Positions 22,415 through 33,100 are shown, counted from the first letter of the stretch. The stretch is 64,000 nucleotides of DNA from Cyanidioschyzon merolae (GCA_000091205.1 AP006499.2); one strand, 5' to 3'. The notes: generated by a model from the sequence alone, not told the origin. Translations and numbers: made by a program.

Positions 22415-22708
22415 ACCACCTTGTTGACCGCTTCCTTGACTCGGGCATGTGTCAAGGAGGTGCTTTGTTTTACAGAAGCTCACAGGACTCGAGATCGTGA
22501 AGTGTGGCGTTCACCACCTTGTTGCCAGCTTCCTTGACTCGGGGATGTGTCAAGGAGGTGCTTTGTTTTACAGAAGCTCACAGGACTCGAGATCGTGAAG
22601 TGTGGCGTTCACCACCTTGTTGCCAGCTTCCTTGACTTTGGCATGTGTCAAGGAGGTGCTTTGTTTTACAGAAGCTCACAGGACTCGAGATCGTGAACTG
22701 TGGCGTGT
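22415..22708. repeat. 98-bp minisatellite, 3 tandem units, each with a 7-bp-stem hairpin (ccttgac N10 gtcaagg)
   Basis: The unit accaccttgttgccagcttccttgactcggggatgtgtcaaggaggtgctttgttttacagaagctcacaggactcgagatcgtgaagtgtggcgttc begins at 22416, 22514 and 22612. It lies about 190 bp upstream of the LSG1-like start codon. Confidence 0.9.
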
Positions 22709-23378
22709 TTGCTTAGGGCCAGGAAAGACAATGTTGCAAGCCTTTCAGCCTCAGGTTTCGAAGCTGTACGCACAAACATTCGTCATGATGCCGCATACGT
22801 ACGCGACAGGGCCCTGTACAATGAACAAAATCTGAAGCTCGCGATCCCTTGGTGTCTATTACGGGAAAACATTCATACCAATCGCTGTGCATTGGGCGCA
22901 ACACTGCGGAACGCTCCCGCGGCTCCAAGCGTCCTCGTAAAGTCAGACGAAAACTCGGTATTCCCCGACGGAGCTGTTCAATGCAGGCGTGACTGCTTTT
23001 AGCATTTCAGCTCCAAAGTGCGTCTACAGCGGAGATACTTTCGCGCTATCCACGCGTACGGTCGCGGGCACCCTCAATTTTTCAACTCTGAGTGCTGTAG
23101 AACGAGGCAAAGCTCCGGCTTCTGCTTCACGAAAAATACCAACCCCTTCGAAAATGCTCCAAACCTGCGCACCAGTTTGGGTACTGAAGGTTCCCTGTTT
23201 GAGATAACTGCGAAAAGAGGCTCCGATTCACCTCGGAGCGGCTCCTGATCAGAAAAGCTTTCCAGATTTACAGCGCGTTCAGACTCGGCCGCAATCGAAG
23301 GCATGCTGCCGTGCAATCTTCGCTGCGTATCTGGCAACCGCTAACCTGCGCTCCAACAATAAAAGCACTCGCATGCGT

Positions 23379-25571
23379 TTACGCTTCGTAGCTGCGATGG
23401 AGGAGCAGTTCCCCTGTGTCGCCGACTTCGGGTGGGAGCACTTTTCCTGGGTTCATGATCCCCGCCGGATCGATTGTCGCTTTAATCCGTCGCATCAAGT
23501 CGACGGCCTCGAGTCCCAGCTCAGGCACGAGGTACTGCCGCTTCCCCTCACCGATACCGTGTTCCCCGGTACAGGTACCGCCAGCAGCGATTGCCCGCTG
23601 GACGAGACGATCGTTGACTTGCTGAGCGCGTTCCAGTTCGACAGGGTCTTTGGGGTCCACCAACATCAGTAGGTGGAAGTTCCCGTCAGCGGCATGAGCA
23701 ACTAGCGGGGCGACCAGCGGCACTAGCGATCCGTGTCGCTCCGTATACGCACGGTTGGTCTGCTCGATATCCTGTTGGGTTTCGCGAAGTACGTCGGCCA
23801 GTTTTGAGAGCGGCACTGCCACATCTGTTGTCCATATTTCCGCACCAGGTCGCAGTTCGTAAGCGGACCAGTAGGCGACTTTGCGCGAGCGCCAGAGGCG
23901 CTCGCGCTCTTCCAACAGCCGACGCTCTGCGGCATCCATGTCATCGGCAGTGAGTTGTTTTCCGGGCTGCTGCGCTGGCCATGCTCCTGGTGCAGGGTCA
24001 AAAGTGGCGATGTCTTCGACGCTGGCGGCACGGCTGGCTGCGATTTCCTGACGGTCGTCGGGCGATTCCGGGACGAGCCACGTCGGAGCTTGTGTTTGAC
24101 CACCAACCTCGCTGGTGCTTCGATTCCGGGGCACCGCGTCCGCGACTCTCCCGCGCTGCTCGGGCATCTGAACGGATGCTGTTGCGAAGGCATCGGCAGC
24201 CACGTGATTCGCTGTCGCTGGAGGCGGGACCTCGGGATGCTCGGCGGAGCCAGGATGCGTCTCAACCCGAGCGTCCCCTGCACCGTCCAGATTCGCTCTC
24301 AGTGCTGCATTCGTATGCAGGGCATCCACATGCGTCGTTTGTGGCTTGTCTGCTTCGGCAGGCCGCGAGAGCGACTCTAGGCAATGCGGGGCGGCTGCCA
24401 TGCGCCACTCGTGAACATGGTGTCGCTCGGCGCACATCTTCACTCGGTGTGCTTGCTCTCGAATGACCTGCATGGATTCTCCGACCAGTTCGAAGAGCAG
24501 CAGATGTCGTGATTCATCCAGCTCGAGTTCCTGATTCGTCGACAGGTTCACCGCTTGGACCGCTAGTCGATCCATGAGTTCGCAGCGACCAATCGAAACG
24601 GCCAGCGGTGGCCCGAGCACGTCCTGGACAGTAGCTGCAGCATCCTCGAGGCGCTCAAATGTACATTTTGCGACACCTCTATAGGCCGGTAGCGGGCGCA
24701 AGCGCAAGGTCGCCTTGGTAGCAATACCGAGCGTGCCCTCGGAGCCGACAAATAGGCGCGTGAGGTCGTACCCCGCGGAGCTCTTCCTGGCTCGCGAGCG
24801 CGTCTGTTGGACGATCTCGCCTGTTGGTAAGACAACCTCGAGACTCAGGACATTCTCACGCATGGTCCCGTAGCGAGCCGCATTTGTTCCGGAGCACGAG
24901 GTGCCAATCATGCCACCAATGCACGCGCCGGGTCCAGGGTCAGGGGCAAAAAACAAGCCATACGGACGAAGATGCTCGTTGAGCGCCTCCCAGGGCACCC
25001 CTGGTTCCACGTCGCAATCCATATCGGTAGGCCGCACTGCGAGAATGCGGTTCATCTGCGAGCAGTCGACGGTGATACCACCAAACCGAGGCACAATGTG
25101 GCCTTCGAGGGAGGTGGCGCCCGCATATGGGACCACAGGGATGCGAAACTCCGTTGCAGAGCGGAGCACCGCAGCTACCTCCTCGGCAGACCGCGGGTAG
25201 ATGACAACGTCCGGCAGGTGCGGTTCGTGAAAAGACACATCGCGAGCGTGGCTCTCCAAGTGACTCGAGTCGAGCGATATGTCGAGTTGCGGTTGCGCTT
25301 CTCGTATGCGGGCGACTGCCTTCTGCAGCCGCTCCGCATACGGGAGTTCGTGCTGCGGTTTCGCTGCACTCTGTGAGGCTTTGGGGGGCTGGTTTCCTGC
25401 GGGGTGCGGTGCCGGCCGTGTTATGAGCTTCTGAGCTCGCACGGGCTCGTTTGTGTAAAATGCATAGGTGACGAGTGCCGCGCTTCCGACGGTACTAGTT
25501 ACCAAGAGCGAGCGCTGTTTCCAAGCAACACGCACCAGTTTCCGCACTGTGCTTGCACAGGCTGAAAACAT
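23379..25571 (-). CDS. DLD1: FAD-linked D-lactate dehydrogenase (cytochrome), DLD1-like, with N-terminal presequence plus membrane anchor and a ~200-aa low-complexity insertion
   Basis: It has the FAD-binding PCMH domain (VVPYAGATSLEGHIVP...ITVDCSQMNRIL...EPGVPWEALNEHLRPYGLFFAPDPGPGACIGGMIGTSCSGTNAARYGTMRENVLSLEVVLPTGEIV) and a C-terminal FAD-oxidase domain. The ORF track starts at a GTG (25724). The first in-frame ATG is the reverse complement of 25569-25571, which gives MFSACASTVRKLVRVAWKQRSLLVTSTVGSAALVTYAFY, a presequence plus transmembrane segment as in yeast Dld1. Confidence 0.85.
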   Translation of the reverse strand: MFSACASTVRKLVRVAWKQRSLLVTSTVGSAALVTYAFYTNEPVRAQKLITRPAPHPAGNQPPKASQSAAKPQHELPYAERLQKAVARIREAQPQLDISLDSSHLESHARDVSFHEPHLPDVVIYPRSAEEVAAVLRSATEFRIPVVPYAGATSLEGHIVPRFGGITVDCSQMNRILAVRPTDMDCDVEPGVPWEALNEHLRPYGLFFAPDPGPGACIGGMIGTSCSGTNAARYGTMRENVLSLEVVLPTGEIVQQTRSRARKSSAGYDLTRLFVGSEGTLGIATKATLRLRPLPAYRGVAKCTFERLEDAAATVQDVLGPPLAVSIGRCELMDRLAVQAVNLSTNQELELDESRHLLLFELVGESMQVIREQAHRVKMCAERHHVHEWRMAAAPHCLESLSRPAEADKPQTTHVDALHTNAALRANLDGAGDARVETHPGSAEHPEVPPPATANHVAADAFATASVQMPEQRGRVADAVPRNRSTSEVGGQTQAPTWLVPESPDDRQEIAASRAASVEDIATFDPAPGAWPAQQPGKQLTADDMDAAERRLLEERERLWRSRKVAYWSAYELRPGAEIWTTDVAVPLSKLADVLRETQQDIEQTNRAYTERHGSLVPLVAPLVAHAADGNFHLLMLVDPKDPVELERAQQVNDRLVQRAIAAGGTCTGEHGIGEGKRQYLVPELGLEAVDLMRRIKATIDPAGIMNPGKVLPPEVGDTGELLLHRSYEA

Positions 25572-27589
25572 GTCTTTAAGCAAGCCTGCGCCTCTGAGTT
25601 TTATGCAGAACTTGTGGCTACCCGCACACAAGGCCGTCACTTGCTGAAGTGCAGGGCGGCTTGGGCTTCCCGGCCTCCACAGCGTGCTCCGCCTCCTGGA
25701 AGCGTTGTTTCGTGCAGCCGACACCTGTTGTACACTGGGGCGGCGGCGATACTTGTTCAGGTTTTACTGGAGATACGCACGGCGTTCTCGTCTTGGACGC
25801 AAGCTAGTTCGGAAGTTGAACGCTGAAACGTAGCTCCAGTAGGTCACTTAGAGATGCATCAAATCGTATCCACAGCTCATACGAAGGAACCAACCTTGTA
25901 CACGGTAGCTTTTCAGGCATGCTCGTACATTGACTGCAATAGTTCGCTGCACAGGTCACGCACAGCCAATTGACCGCTTCAGAGGGACTGTTTCTCATTT
26001 CGTAGAAGGACGACCGAATGCATCAGTCTTTTGTTTTTCAAAAGGCTTCTATGGCTGCATGGCTGCAATGGAACCAGCCTGAAGGATAAGCAGTAGAGTC
26101 CGGGGACAGCAACGACTTGCGACGCCGTACACCAACCAGTTTGCAGCGTCCGTGGCTTGCTCGGAGCCTCCAACGCTACAGCGGCTCTTTCGTGGTGCTG
26201 AGAAGGGCACTGCACGCAGTACTGCATGGTTCAGTTGAGGCTTTTGGCGTCGCTCGTGAGTCCTGGCTTGTTGCAACCGGCAAGTCACAACGCCGTTGCT
26301 TTTTTATCATCATGCACGCCAAAGCAGATGCTCAGAGTTCAACATCCAGTGCTGATCTTGGAAGCGAACATGTGCCATCAGCTTCCGAAAGTATTGTTCC
26401 GTCCATAGAATGAAGCGATGAACGTGTCTCGCCTCAAAAGTAGTTTCTTCCGAAGCGTTCTGCTGACGTATCTCAGGAGAGCTCCTTGAAATTTCGGACT
26501 CCGGTGAGTGGCGAAAACAGGTTGAACAAATACACGGCAGCTGGTAGCGGTTCTCTGCTTAGAGTTCTAGGGATTAGAGACCGCCAGAAGAACGTAGATA
26601 TGCCTGCCTTGCGTTGAACAATGCTATCATTCACATCCGGGACGCGATCTACATTTGTGTCAGATGGAAATACAGCGCGGAACGGCTCGCTCTGTTCCCG
26701 TATTTCGATGTTTTCCGGCCTGGTTTAAATGGATAGCTCGATATTCAGTGTGCGGCAATGAGGGTATATGAATGCATACCTCGTTTGAGGATGCTCGGTC
26801 GTCATGTCACCTTCGACGCTTTTCCGCTGGAATTCGATACGTGATCAGAGTCAAGATGATTCGCGACGCTGTCAAACAAGGCCTCGTATGGTAAACGATA
26901 CCACTATCGAATGCGTGCGCACAGGTATCCGCTCTTCTGCTTTCAGTACATGCGGCAAGCTCGATTCACGCGTTCTCTAGGTTTTGGAGTTTTCTGTTCC
27001 AAGGCAACCTGCAGTCGCAGCCAATGGCGCCTTTGAGTTGACGATGGAAATTCTCGACATCGCCCATGGACGACTTGTTCACAAGCTCATGCCGCACGTT
27101 CATTGAACTTGTCACTCCGAATAATGGCTGGCGTTCGAGAAACCAATTCGCCTTCCATTGAAGCCATCGATGAAATCTCATTGGACAACAGCTTGATACT
27201 TCTCATGGGATATGCTCCCAGGGGTTCCAGTCTATTTTAATAACATGGCAAAGAGTCTTGGGCTCGGACTCTAACCATCGCAGCGACCGCACCGGCGCTA
27301 CAGGCGCCATTTCTGTCGCTTTCGGCAGGCACTAGGCACACACGATAGGACATATGAAACGACCAGAATATCCGAGAAGAAGTATAGGTCATGTAACTTG
27401 GGAGTAGGGGGTTGATAGATACTTTACCCCGCACTGAAAAAAAAAGCCAAAAAGAAAAGAAAAATGCGCAGAGTCGGAGAACGCTGGCCTAAGGAAGCGT
27501 CTTGTCCATGAAAAAAAATCAACGATGCCAACGCGCGTGACACAGCGTTGCGTGCGCCGCCTTCTTCTCCGCAGCCGAGGCAGCTGATG

Positions 27590-27624
27590 CACGCATGCAC
27601 GGACGCACGCACGCACGCACGCAT

Positions 27625-27655
<31 letters not shown>

Positions 27656-27660
27656 TGTTG
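27590..27660. repeat. (ACGC)n tetranucleotide microsatellite in the divergent spacer between the DLD-like and eIF4G-like genes
   Basis: The sequence reads gcatgcacggacgcacgcacgcacgcacgcatgcacgcacgcacgcacgcacgcacgcatg. An A-rich tract (aaaaaaaaagccaaaaagaaaagaaaaatg) lies at about 27435-27465. Confidence 0.8.
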
Positions 27661-28024
27661 GCTCTGATGCGTGCGTGCGACGGTGCATGTACATGCGTGC
27701 GTGCGCGTCGACGGCGCTGTTCTTCCAGCACCTGCGCGGCAAAGGTCGTTTCAGGCTGTAACCTAGTTCGGGATCCTGTATCCTGTTCGGGTGGTGTCTT
27801 TTCAGGCAGGTGGCTTGGTTTCCGGGAGAGTGTCCGATAGCCGAGCCTTTGAGAACGTACGCAAGGGACGTTGGGTGGCGTTCTGCGGTGGTTACGGGCG
27901 ATCCGCGTGGAGGCCTCGCCTCACTTGCGGTGTTGGGCGTGCGTCTCGACACTAGAGCGCGCTGCGTTCAGCCTCTTGCGTCTGGTTATCTTAAAGAAAA
28001 CTGCTGCGAAACCAGATTCTGACC

Positions 28025-31000
28025 ATGGAAAAGTCGAGCTTACAACCTAGCTCCGAACGGCCGGTCGGAGGTGCGCATTGTGACGCGAAGAGACAGGTGG
28101 CAGGCAGCGCGGCGACGGGCACTGGCGCCGCTGGCGTTGGAGGCAGTGCGGCACTGGGTACTCCCTCGTCCCAGAGCGGTGTGGGCGCGCGAACCTCGGG
28201 GTACGCAGCTATCGTTAGCAGAGGATCAGCTACTGGGGGTGGCGGGGCGGTTGCTTCGCATCCAAGTGGTACGACGCCAGTAGACTCGGGAGCGCCTGGC
28301 GGAAACGGGGCCGCCGTTCAGCACAAAATTTCCATAGAACCTGAAGGACCTACGGCAGCGACAGCCGTGGGGCGCTCCACCGCTGGCGTTCCTGCTGGAG
28401 GTGGAGGTGCGGCGCAAACCTTTGCCCCTGTGGACGGACGAATGCCAGTCAACCCCGGTACGATGTCGCCGTGGAGCAGCAACATAGCGCTGGCCACGAA
28501 TTCTACGAATTGGGGTGGAGCAATCCCAGCTGCTGTTGCCGGTGCCGATGCGACTTCGGGTCGTGGAGGCAATGCTGCAGCCTATGGCGGCGGCATGGTG
28601 CGGGCGCCGCCACCGAGTACTGTGGGCAGCATTGCTCGTCCGGGGCCAGCTGCGCATCACGGCCGCTCACCGTACGCGGGAGCATCGAGCAGGCCGTCAG
28701 CCAGTACGCGCGGCGCGCCCGCTGCAGCGTTCGCAAGAGACGGAACCAGTAGTGCTTACGGACCGAATGTCGTATACGGAGGTGGCAGCGGTAGCGGCGG
28801 AATTTCTCACATGGGAGCGATGGGCATGACGAGCTTCAGCGGCGCGACAGCGTACATGAATCCGAATGAAATGGCTGCCTATATGCCCGATATGCAACAG
28901 GCTGCCGGCTTTAATATGTACGTTCCGCCCCAGTACTATGGGGGCCTGCGTAATCCCATGATAGGCGGCACAGAATACATCCCTTATGGCATGCCGTTTA
29001 ACCCGGCAGCGAATGCAGCTGCATTTTACAGGCAGCAATATCAACAGCAGGCCAGGGCGCCCATGAATACCGGTGTTGCGACGAGTAGTGACCGTAGTGT
29101 TTCGCCCCTGGCAGGCAACTCGTCGAATACAAATGGTGAAATCGATGTGCAGACCGCTACCGTAGCAGCTCCGCCCTCCGGATCGGTTCGCTCCAATGCA
29201 CACGCATCAAGCGTGGCTACGCGCGCTGCAGGCTCGACGACTTCGTCGCCCTCTAGCAGTGGCGAGGTAGCACCAGACGCCATGGGTATACTGCCAAATC
29301 TGGGTATTACTGGAGAAGGAACTGTATTAATGCGGGCTGGTGGTGAGCGAAATGTCACCGGGTTTCAAGGCTTTGCGAGCAGCGCGGCTCCGATGAACCG
29401 TGAAGTAGATCGCCCACTAGTGCCTCCGATCCCGCCAAGGCGAGAGAAAAAGATACTCAAAATTGTTGATCCGGAGACAGGCAAGGAGATCAACTTGGGC
29501 TCTGTCCAAGAGGAGCTGGCGACCGCTACGGGGCACGGGCAGCCTGCGAAGGCCCCAGATGCCAAAGCTCCAGCAGCTGAAACGTCTGAGGAAGAGCGCG
29601 CTCCACAGGTCCCAGCAAACTCAGCAGCTGAGGAGACTCGAGGCCCCGAGGTGAGCCAGATCGAAGTGGAAGACGGGCTCGCCCGTGGACCAGACGCTGC
29701 GAGCTCAGGAATACGGAAACAACCCGTTGAGCACGGCCTTCCAGCGACGCCGTTGCCTGAAAGTGAGTCGCTTGATCGCCCGAATGAAAAGGAATCTCTG
29801 GGGGCAACGCGACCGGAGCTTGAGGAATTCAGGTCCGCTGCGGTGCGCGCTCAATTCGATTCGGCAAATTTCGCAGTGCATTCAGAGACGCGCGATCGCT
29901 TCGATGTTCGCGTAGAGCATGATTCAGCATCCACTGCAGGTCTTTTGCAGCCCGAGAATACGAGTACGGGCATGGTGTCCGACGCTGGCGATGTCAAAAG
30001 CGTAGTAAGTGCTGAATCTGCGAAAGTCGATGTAAGCACTCAGAACGGCTACTTTGAGTCACCGTATCGCGAAGTATCGCCTGCGATAGCGGTGCAAGAT
30101 ACATTGGAGCCATCGTCGACTCGTGTTGCGGAGACAGAGCTTGTTGCCATGACCAAGGCGCTGGCAGATGTACGAATAGAGACGCAAGAGGATCGCACTG
30201 AGGCCAGTGAACAGCAAAAAGCGCCGAGCACCGCAGAGCCGTCGGCGATGGATACGGTGCACGCAGAGGCGCGCACTGCGGCAACAGCGCAGCGCGACAA
30301 GCCATCGGAACCCACTGAAGAAGCCGACATGGACTCGTCGCCACTTGAGATGACACCACATGAATCCGATCGAGAAGACATCCTCTCAACTGTTGATACA
30401 GAGCCAGTTCCAGATGACGCATCTGAATCATCATCGCTTGTGGATGACGAGGAAACGACTCACCCGGGTGTGCTCGTGTTCGGACCCGGCGAACGTCGAA
30501 TGTACCCGCGAGAATGGCTACTTCGCATGCGGGATATATGTGTTGAGTGCCCGCCCGAGGTTCATCAGTGTGAGATTCGTGCTGGTGCGAGTTTCGAAAG
30601 CGTACAACAACGCCGATCTGGCGGTGGCGGTGGTGGTGGTGGTGGTGGCGGTCGCGCGCGTCACGGCACCGGCGGCACTGCATCGAGCCGTGGTGCGCCC
30701 GGTGCTGGCAAAGGCGACGGCATGGACTTGGCGAATGCGCGGGCGCGCGCTCCACCGGTTGCATCCACAGGTGGCGAATCAGACCGACGTGGTCATCGTG
30801 GCGGCGGTGGACGTGGTAATCGCCGCGGCGCCAACGCTGCCGTCATCGAGGAGGCGTTGGCGCTGCTGCCGCGAGCCGAGAATGCCTGGCGGCCCCGCAA
30901 GGTACCCGAATCGGAAGTGGAGCGCAAAGTGCGGACGGTTCGCTCCATTCTGAACAAACTGACATTGGAGAAGTTTGAACCTTTGTATCAACAACTCCTG

Positions 31001-33100
31001 AGTATCAACATCGACAGCCTTGAGGTTTTACGTGGAGTTGTGAAGGAAATTTTCGAAAAAGCGTTGCTAGAACCAAATTTCGGAGCCATGTATGCGGAGC
31101 TTTGCGCACGCCTAGCAGTCGACTTGGAGAAAGTAATCGAGGGGAACGAAGCGTTCATCGAAGACGGGAAGTTGCAGACCTTCAAACGGATTCTTTTGCG
31201 ATACTGTCAGCGCGAGTTTGAGGGCAACTCATCGCCGGTCATCCCGGAGGGTGCATCACCCGAGGAAGCGCAGGAGATCGCAACCAAAGCCAAACTACGC
31301 ATGTTGGGCAACATGGTGTTCATCGGGCATCTTTATCGGAACAAGCTTCTTTCCGATAAGGTTATTCATGCGTCGTGTTTCGCAACGCTGCTGAAATTGA
31401 GTAACCAGCCTCAACCGGACGAGGATGCCATCGAGTGCATGTGCAAGCTAATGACCACTGTGGGAGAGAAGCTCGACAACAGCAATCCCAAGTCGCGCGA
31501 GCTGATGCGCGAGTACTTTGCGAAATTCGTTGAAATGAGCCAGCGGCCGGACTTGCCAGCGCGATTCCGTTTCATGCTTCAGGACCTGATCGACTTGCGA
31601 AATAACCGATGGGTCCAGCGGCGATCAGATGGCGGGGCGCGCACCATTCGAGAAATTCACGAGCAGGTGCGTCGCGAACAGCTCCAACAGCAACAGTTGA
31701 AGCGCCGACCAAGCGGGTTGCTTTTGAGCGGCCCGTCGGGACGCCGCATACCCGGCAGCGCCGGCAACGGCCCTGGATCCACTTCGCTTGGCGGCGGTGG
31801 CGCTTCGGCGCATGCACAGACACCGAGTCCTCGCATGATGACGCCCGTCATGTCGAATGACGCGCGTCGGGAGCGCTCGAGCTCAGCGCTGCAGCCTGGT
31901 TGGGAACGCGTTCAACGAGCAGTTCCAGAGACAAAGGAAGCTGCTCGCGCGCTTGATCTGGGCACGGTGCGGCTGCGGCCTCATGGTGGTCGACGGTCGC
32001 CAGCGCCGAGTGCCGCATCGACACCATCGCTGGGAACTCCGCGCAACTCGTTTGCAGCATTGCAGGACGAGCAGATGCCGCTCTCTCCGGAGCCAACCAG
32101 TGGAACAGACGAGGTCGATTCAGAGCAGCCAGCTGCTGGAATTGCGGAGCGTTCTGAGCGGTCAAGCGCTCATCCTTCTGCGACGCAAGCCGATGAGATG
32201 GAGAAGATACCCGAATGGGAACCCAACCGAGTCGAGCGGCGGGCCAAGACCATTTACGACGAATGGATGGCATTGCGCGACGTGAAAGAGGCGCGTCTTG
32301 CGCTGGCTGAAGTGCCGCCTCGCTCGAGAGCAGCGCTCGTAGCGAACATCGTCCAGCGTTCGTTAGATCTCTCTGGCGAACAACGCGAGCACCTGCTACG
32401 GCTCTTCACCGAGACGGTGCATGCGCGACTCGTTCCCCTGGATGACATCGCCACAGCGGAACCTGTCGCGAATGACACTCGAAGCGGTGCCGATGCATCC
32501 GCACGAGTAGCACCAGATCAGCAGACGCCTCTACCCGGAGAGCATTCCAACTCGTCACTGGTGCGACCACTGGAACCCATGCACCTTCGGAGGGCGACGA
32601 CGCTGATCTTGGCAGATCTAGAGGATTTGGTCATTGATCACCCGCGAGCGCTCTCGTTTTTGGCACACTGGCTTGCCCACTGTCTCGTGCAGACAACGGT
32701 TGCTGCCGATACTCAAGAGCAGCGTGCCCAGCCGCAGGGCGCGGGCGTGAGTCTCTGGGGCCGCCCCGTCACCGCCCGTGATGCCGCTGCAGCGCTACGC
32801 GAGCTTCTGCTTCCAGTTGTTGACTCGTGGCTGGCAAACGGCTCCGACTTGGCGTTACCGCTGGTTGCACACACTGCCGATGCCCTGCGGACACGCTCAC
32901 CACTCTTCACCGACGACCAGCTCGCGGCGTTTTTGAGGGCGCTTGCGCTCCCCTGGGCCGCATGGGCTACTGCTGCTACTGGTGCTTCTGGTGCATCAGC
33001 GACCGATCAGGATGTATCTCGCCATATTCGCGCGGAGTTTGCTCGCGTCGGACTCGAAACCGTATGGTCCAATGTCGCCTCTGCTGCTGCTGCGGACTGA
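28025..33100 (+). CDS. EIF4G: eIF4G-like translation initiation factor: long Gly/Ala/Ser-rich N-terminal region, PABP-binding-like motif, canonical eIF4E-binding motif, MIF4G domain, MA3 domain
   Basis: A 1691-aa ORF with an ATG start in the context gaccATGG. The segment KKILKIVDPETGKEINL (nt ~29450-29497) resembles the eIF4G N-terminal PABP-binding segment. RMYPREWLLRM (Y-x4-L-phi, nt 30503-30523) is an eIF4E-binding motif. The MIF4G domain spans nt ~30930-31620 (FEPLYQQLLSI...AMYAELCARLA...MLGNMVFIGHLYRNKLL). The MA3 domain spans nt ~32250-32700 (KTIYDEWMALRDVKEARLALAEV...). Confidence 0.8.
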   Translation: MEKSSLQPSSERPVGGAHCDAKRQVAGSAATGTGAAGVGGSAALGTPSSQSGVGARTSGYAAIVSRGSATGGGGAVASHPSGTTPVDSGAPGGNGAAVQHKISIEPEGPTAATAVGRSTAGVPAGGGGAAQTFAPVDGRMPVNPGTMSPWSSNIALATNSTNWGGAIPAAVAGADATSGRGGNAAAYGGGMVRAPPPSTVGSIARPGPAAHHGRSPYAGASSRPSASTRGAPAAAFARDGTSSAYGPNVVYGGGSGSGGISHMGAMGMTSFSGATAYMNPNEMAAYMPDMQQAAGFNMYVPPQYYGGLRNPMIGGTEYIPYGMPFNPAANAAAFYRQQYQQQARAPMNTGVATSSDRSVSPLAGNSSNTNGEIDVQTATVAAPPSGSVRSNAHASSVATRAAGSTTSSPSSSGEVAPDAMGILPNLGITGEGTVLMRAGGERNVTGFQGFASSAAPMNREVDRPLVPPIPPRREKKILKIVDPETGKEINLGSVQEELATATGHGQPAKAPDAKAPAAETSEEERAPQVPANSAAEETRGPEVSQIEVEDGLARGPDAASSGIRKQPVEHGLPATPLPESESLDRPNEKESLGATRPELEEFRSAAVRAQFDSANFAVHSETRDRFDVRVEHDSASTAGLLQPENTSTGMVSDAGDVKSVVSAESAKVDVSTQNGYFESPYREVSPAIAVQDTLEPSSTRVAETELVAMTKALADVRIETQEDRTEASEQQKAPSTAEPSAMDTVHAEARTAATAQRDKPSEPTEEADMDSSPLEMTPHESDREDILSTVDTEPVPDDASESSSLVDDEETTHPGVLVFGPGERRMYPREWLLRMRDICVECPPEVHQCEIRAGASFESVQQRRSGGGGGGGGGGGRARHGTGGTASSRGAPGAGKGDGMDLANARARAPPVASTGGESDRRGHRGGGGRGNRRGANAAVIEEALALLPRAENAWRPRKVPESEVERKVRTVRSILNKLTLEKFEPLYQQLLSINIDSLEVLRGVVKEIFEKALLEPNFGAMYAELCARLAVDLEKVIEGNEAFIEDGKLQTFKRILLRYCQREFEGNSSPVIPEGASPEEAQEIATKAKLRMLGNMVFIGHLYRNKLLSDKVIHASCFATLLKLSNQPQPDEDAIECMCKLMTTVGEKLDNSNPKSRELMREYFAKFVEMSQRPDLPARFRFMLQDLIDLRNNRWVQRRSDGGARTIREIHEQVRREQLQQQQLKRRPSGLLLSGPSGRRIPGSAGNGPGSTSLGGGGASAHAQTPSPRMMTPVMSNDARRERSSSALQPGWERVQRAVPETKEAARALDLGTVRLRPHGGRRSPAPSAASTPSLGTPRNSFAALQDEQMPLSPEPTSGTDEVDSEQPAAGIAERSERSSAHPSATQADEMEKIPEWEPNRVERRAKTIYDEWMALRDVKEARLALAEVPPRSRAALVANIVQRSLDLSGEQREHLLRLFTETVHARLVPLDDIATAEPVANDTRSGADASARVAPDQQTPLPGEHSNSSLVRPLEPMHLRRATTLILADLEDLVIDHPRALSFLAHWLAHCLVQTTVAADTQEQRAQPQGAGVSLWGRPVTARDAAAALRELLLPVVDSWLANGSDLALPLVAHTADALRTRSPLFTDDQLAAFLRALALPWAAWATAATGASGASATDQDVSRHIRAEFARVGLETVWSNVASAAAAD

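Noticed and set aside
24105-24140. tRNA T-loop-like string gcttcgattcc
   Set aside because: It lies inside the DLD coding region. The flanking sequence does not form a T stem with a 7-nt loop or the other tRNA arms.
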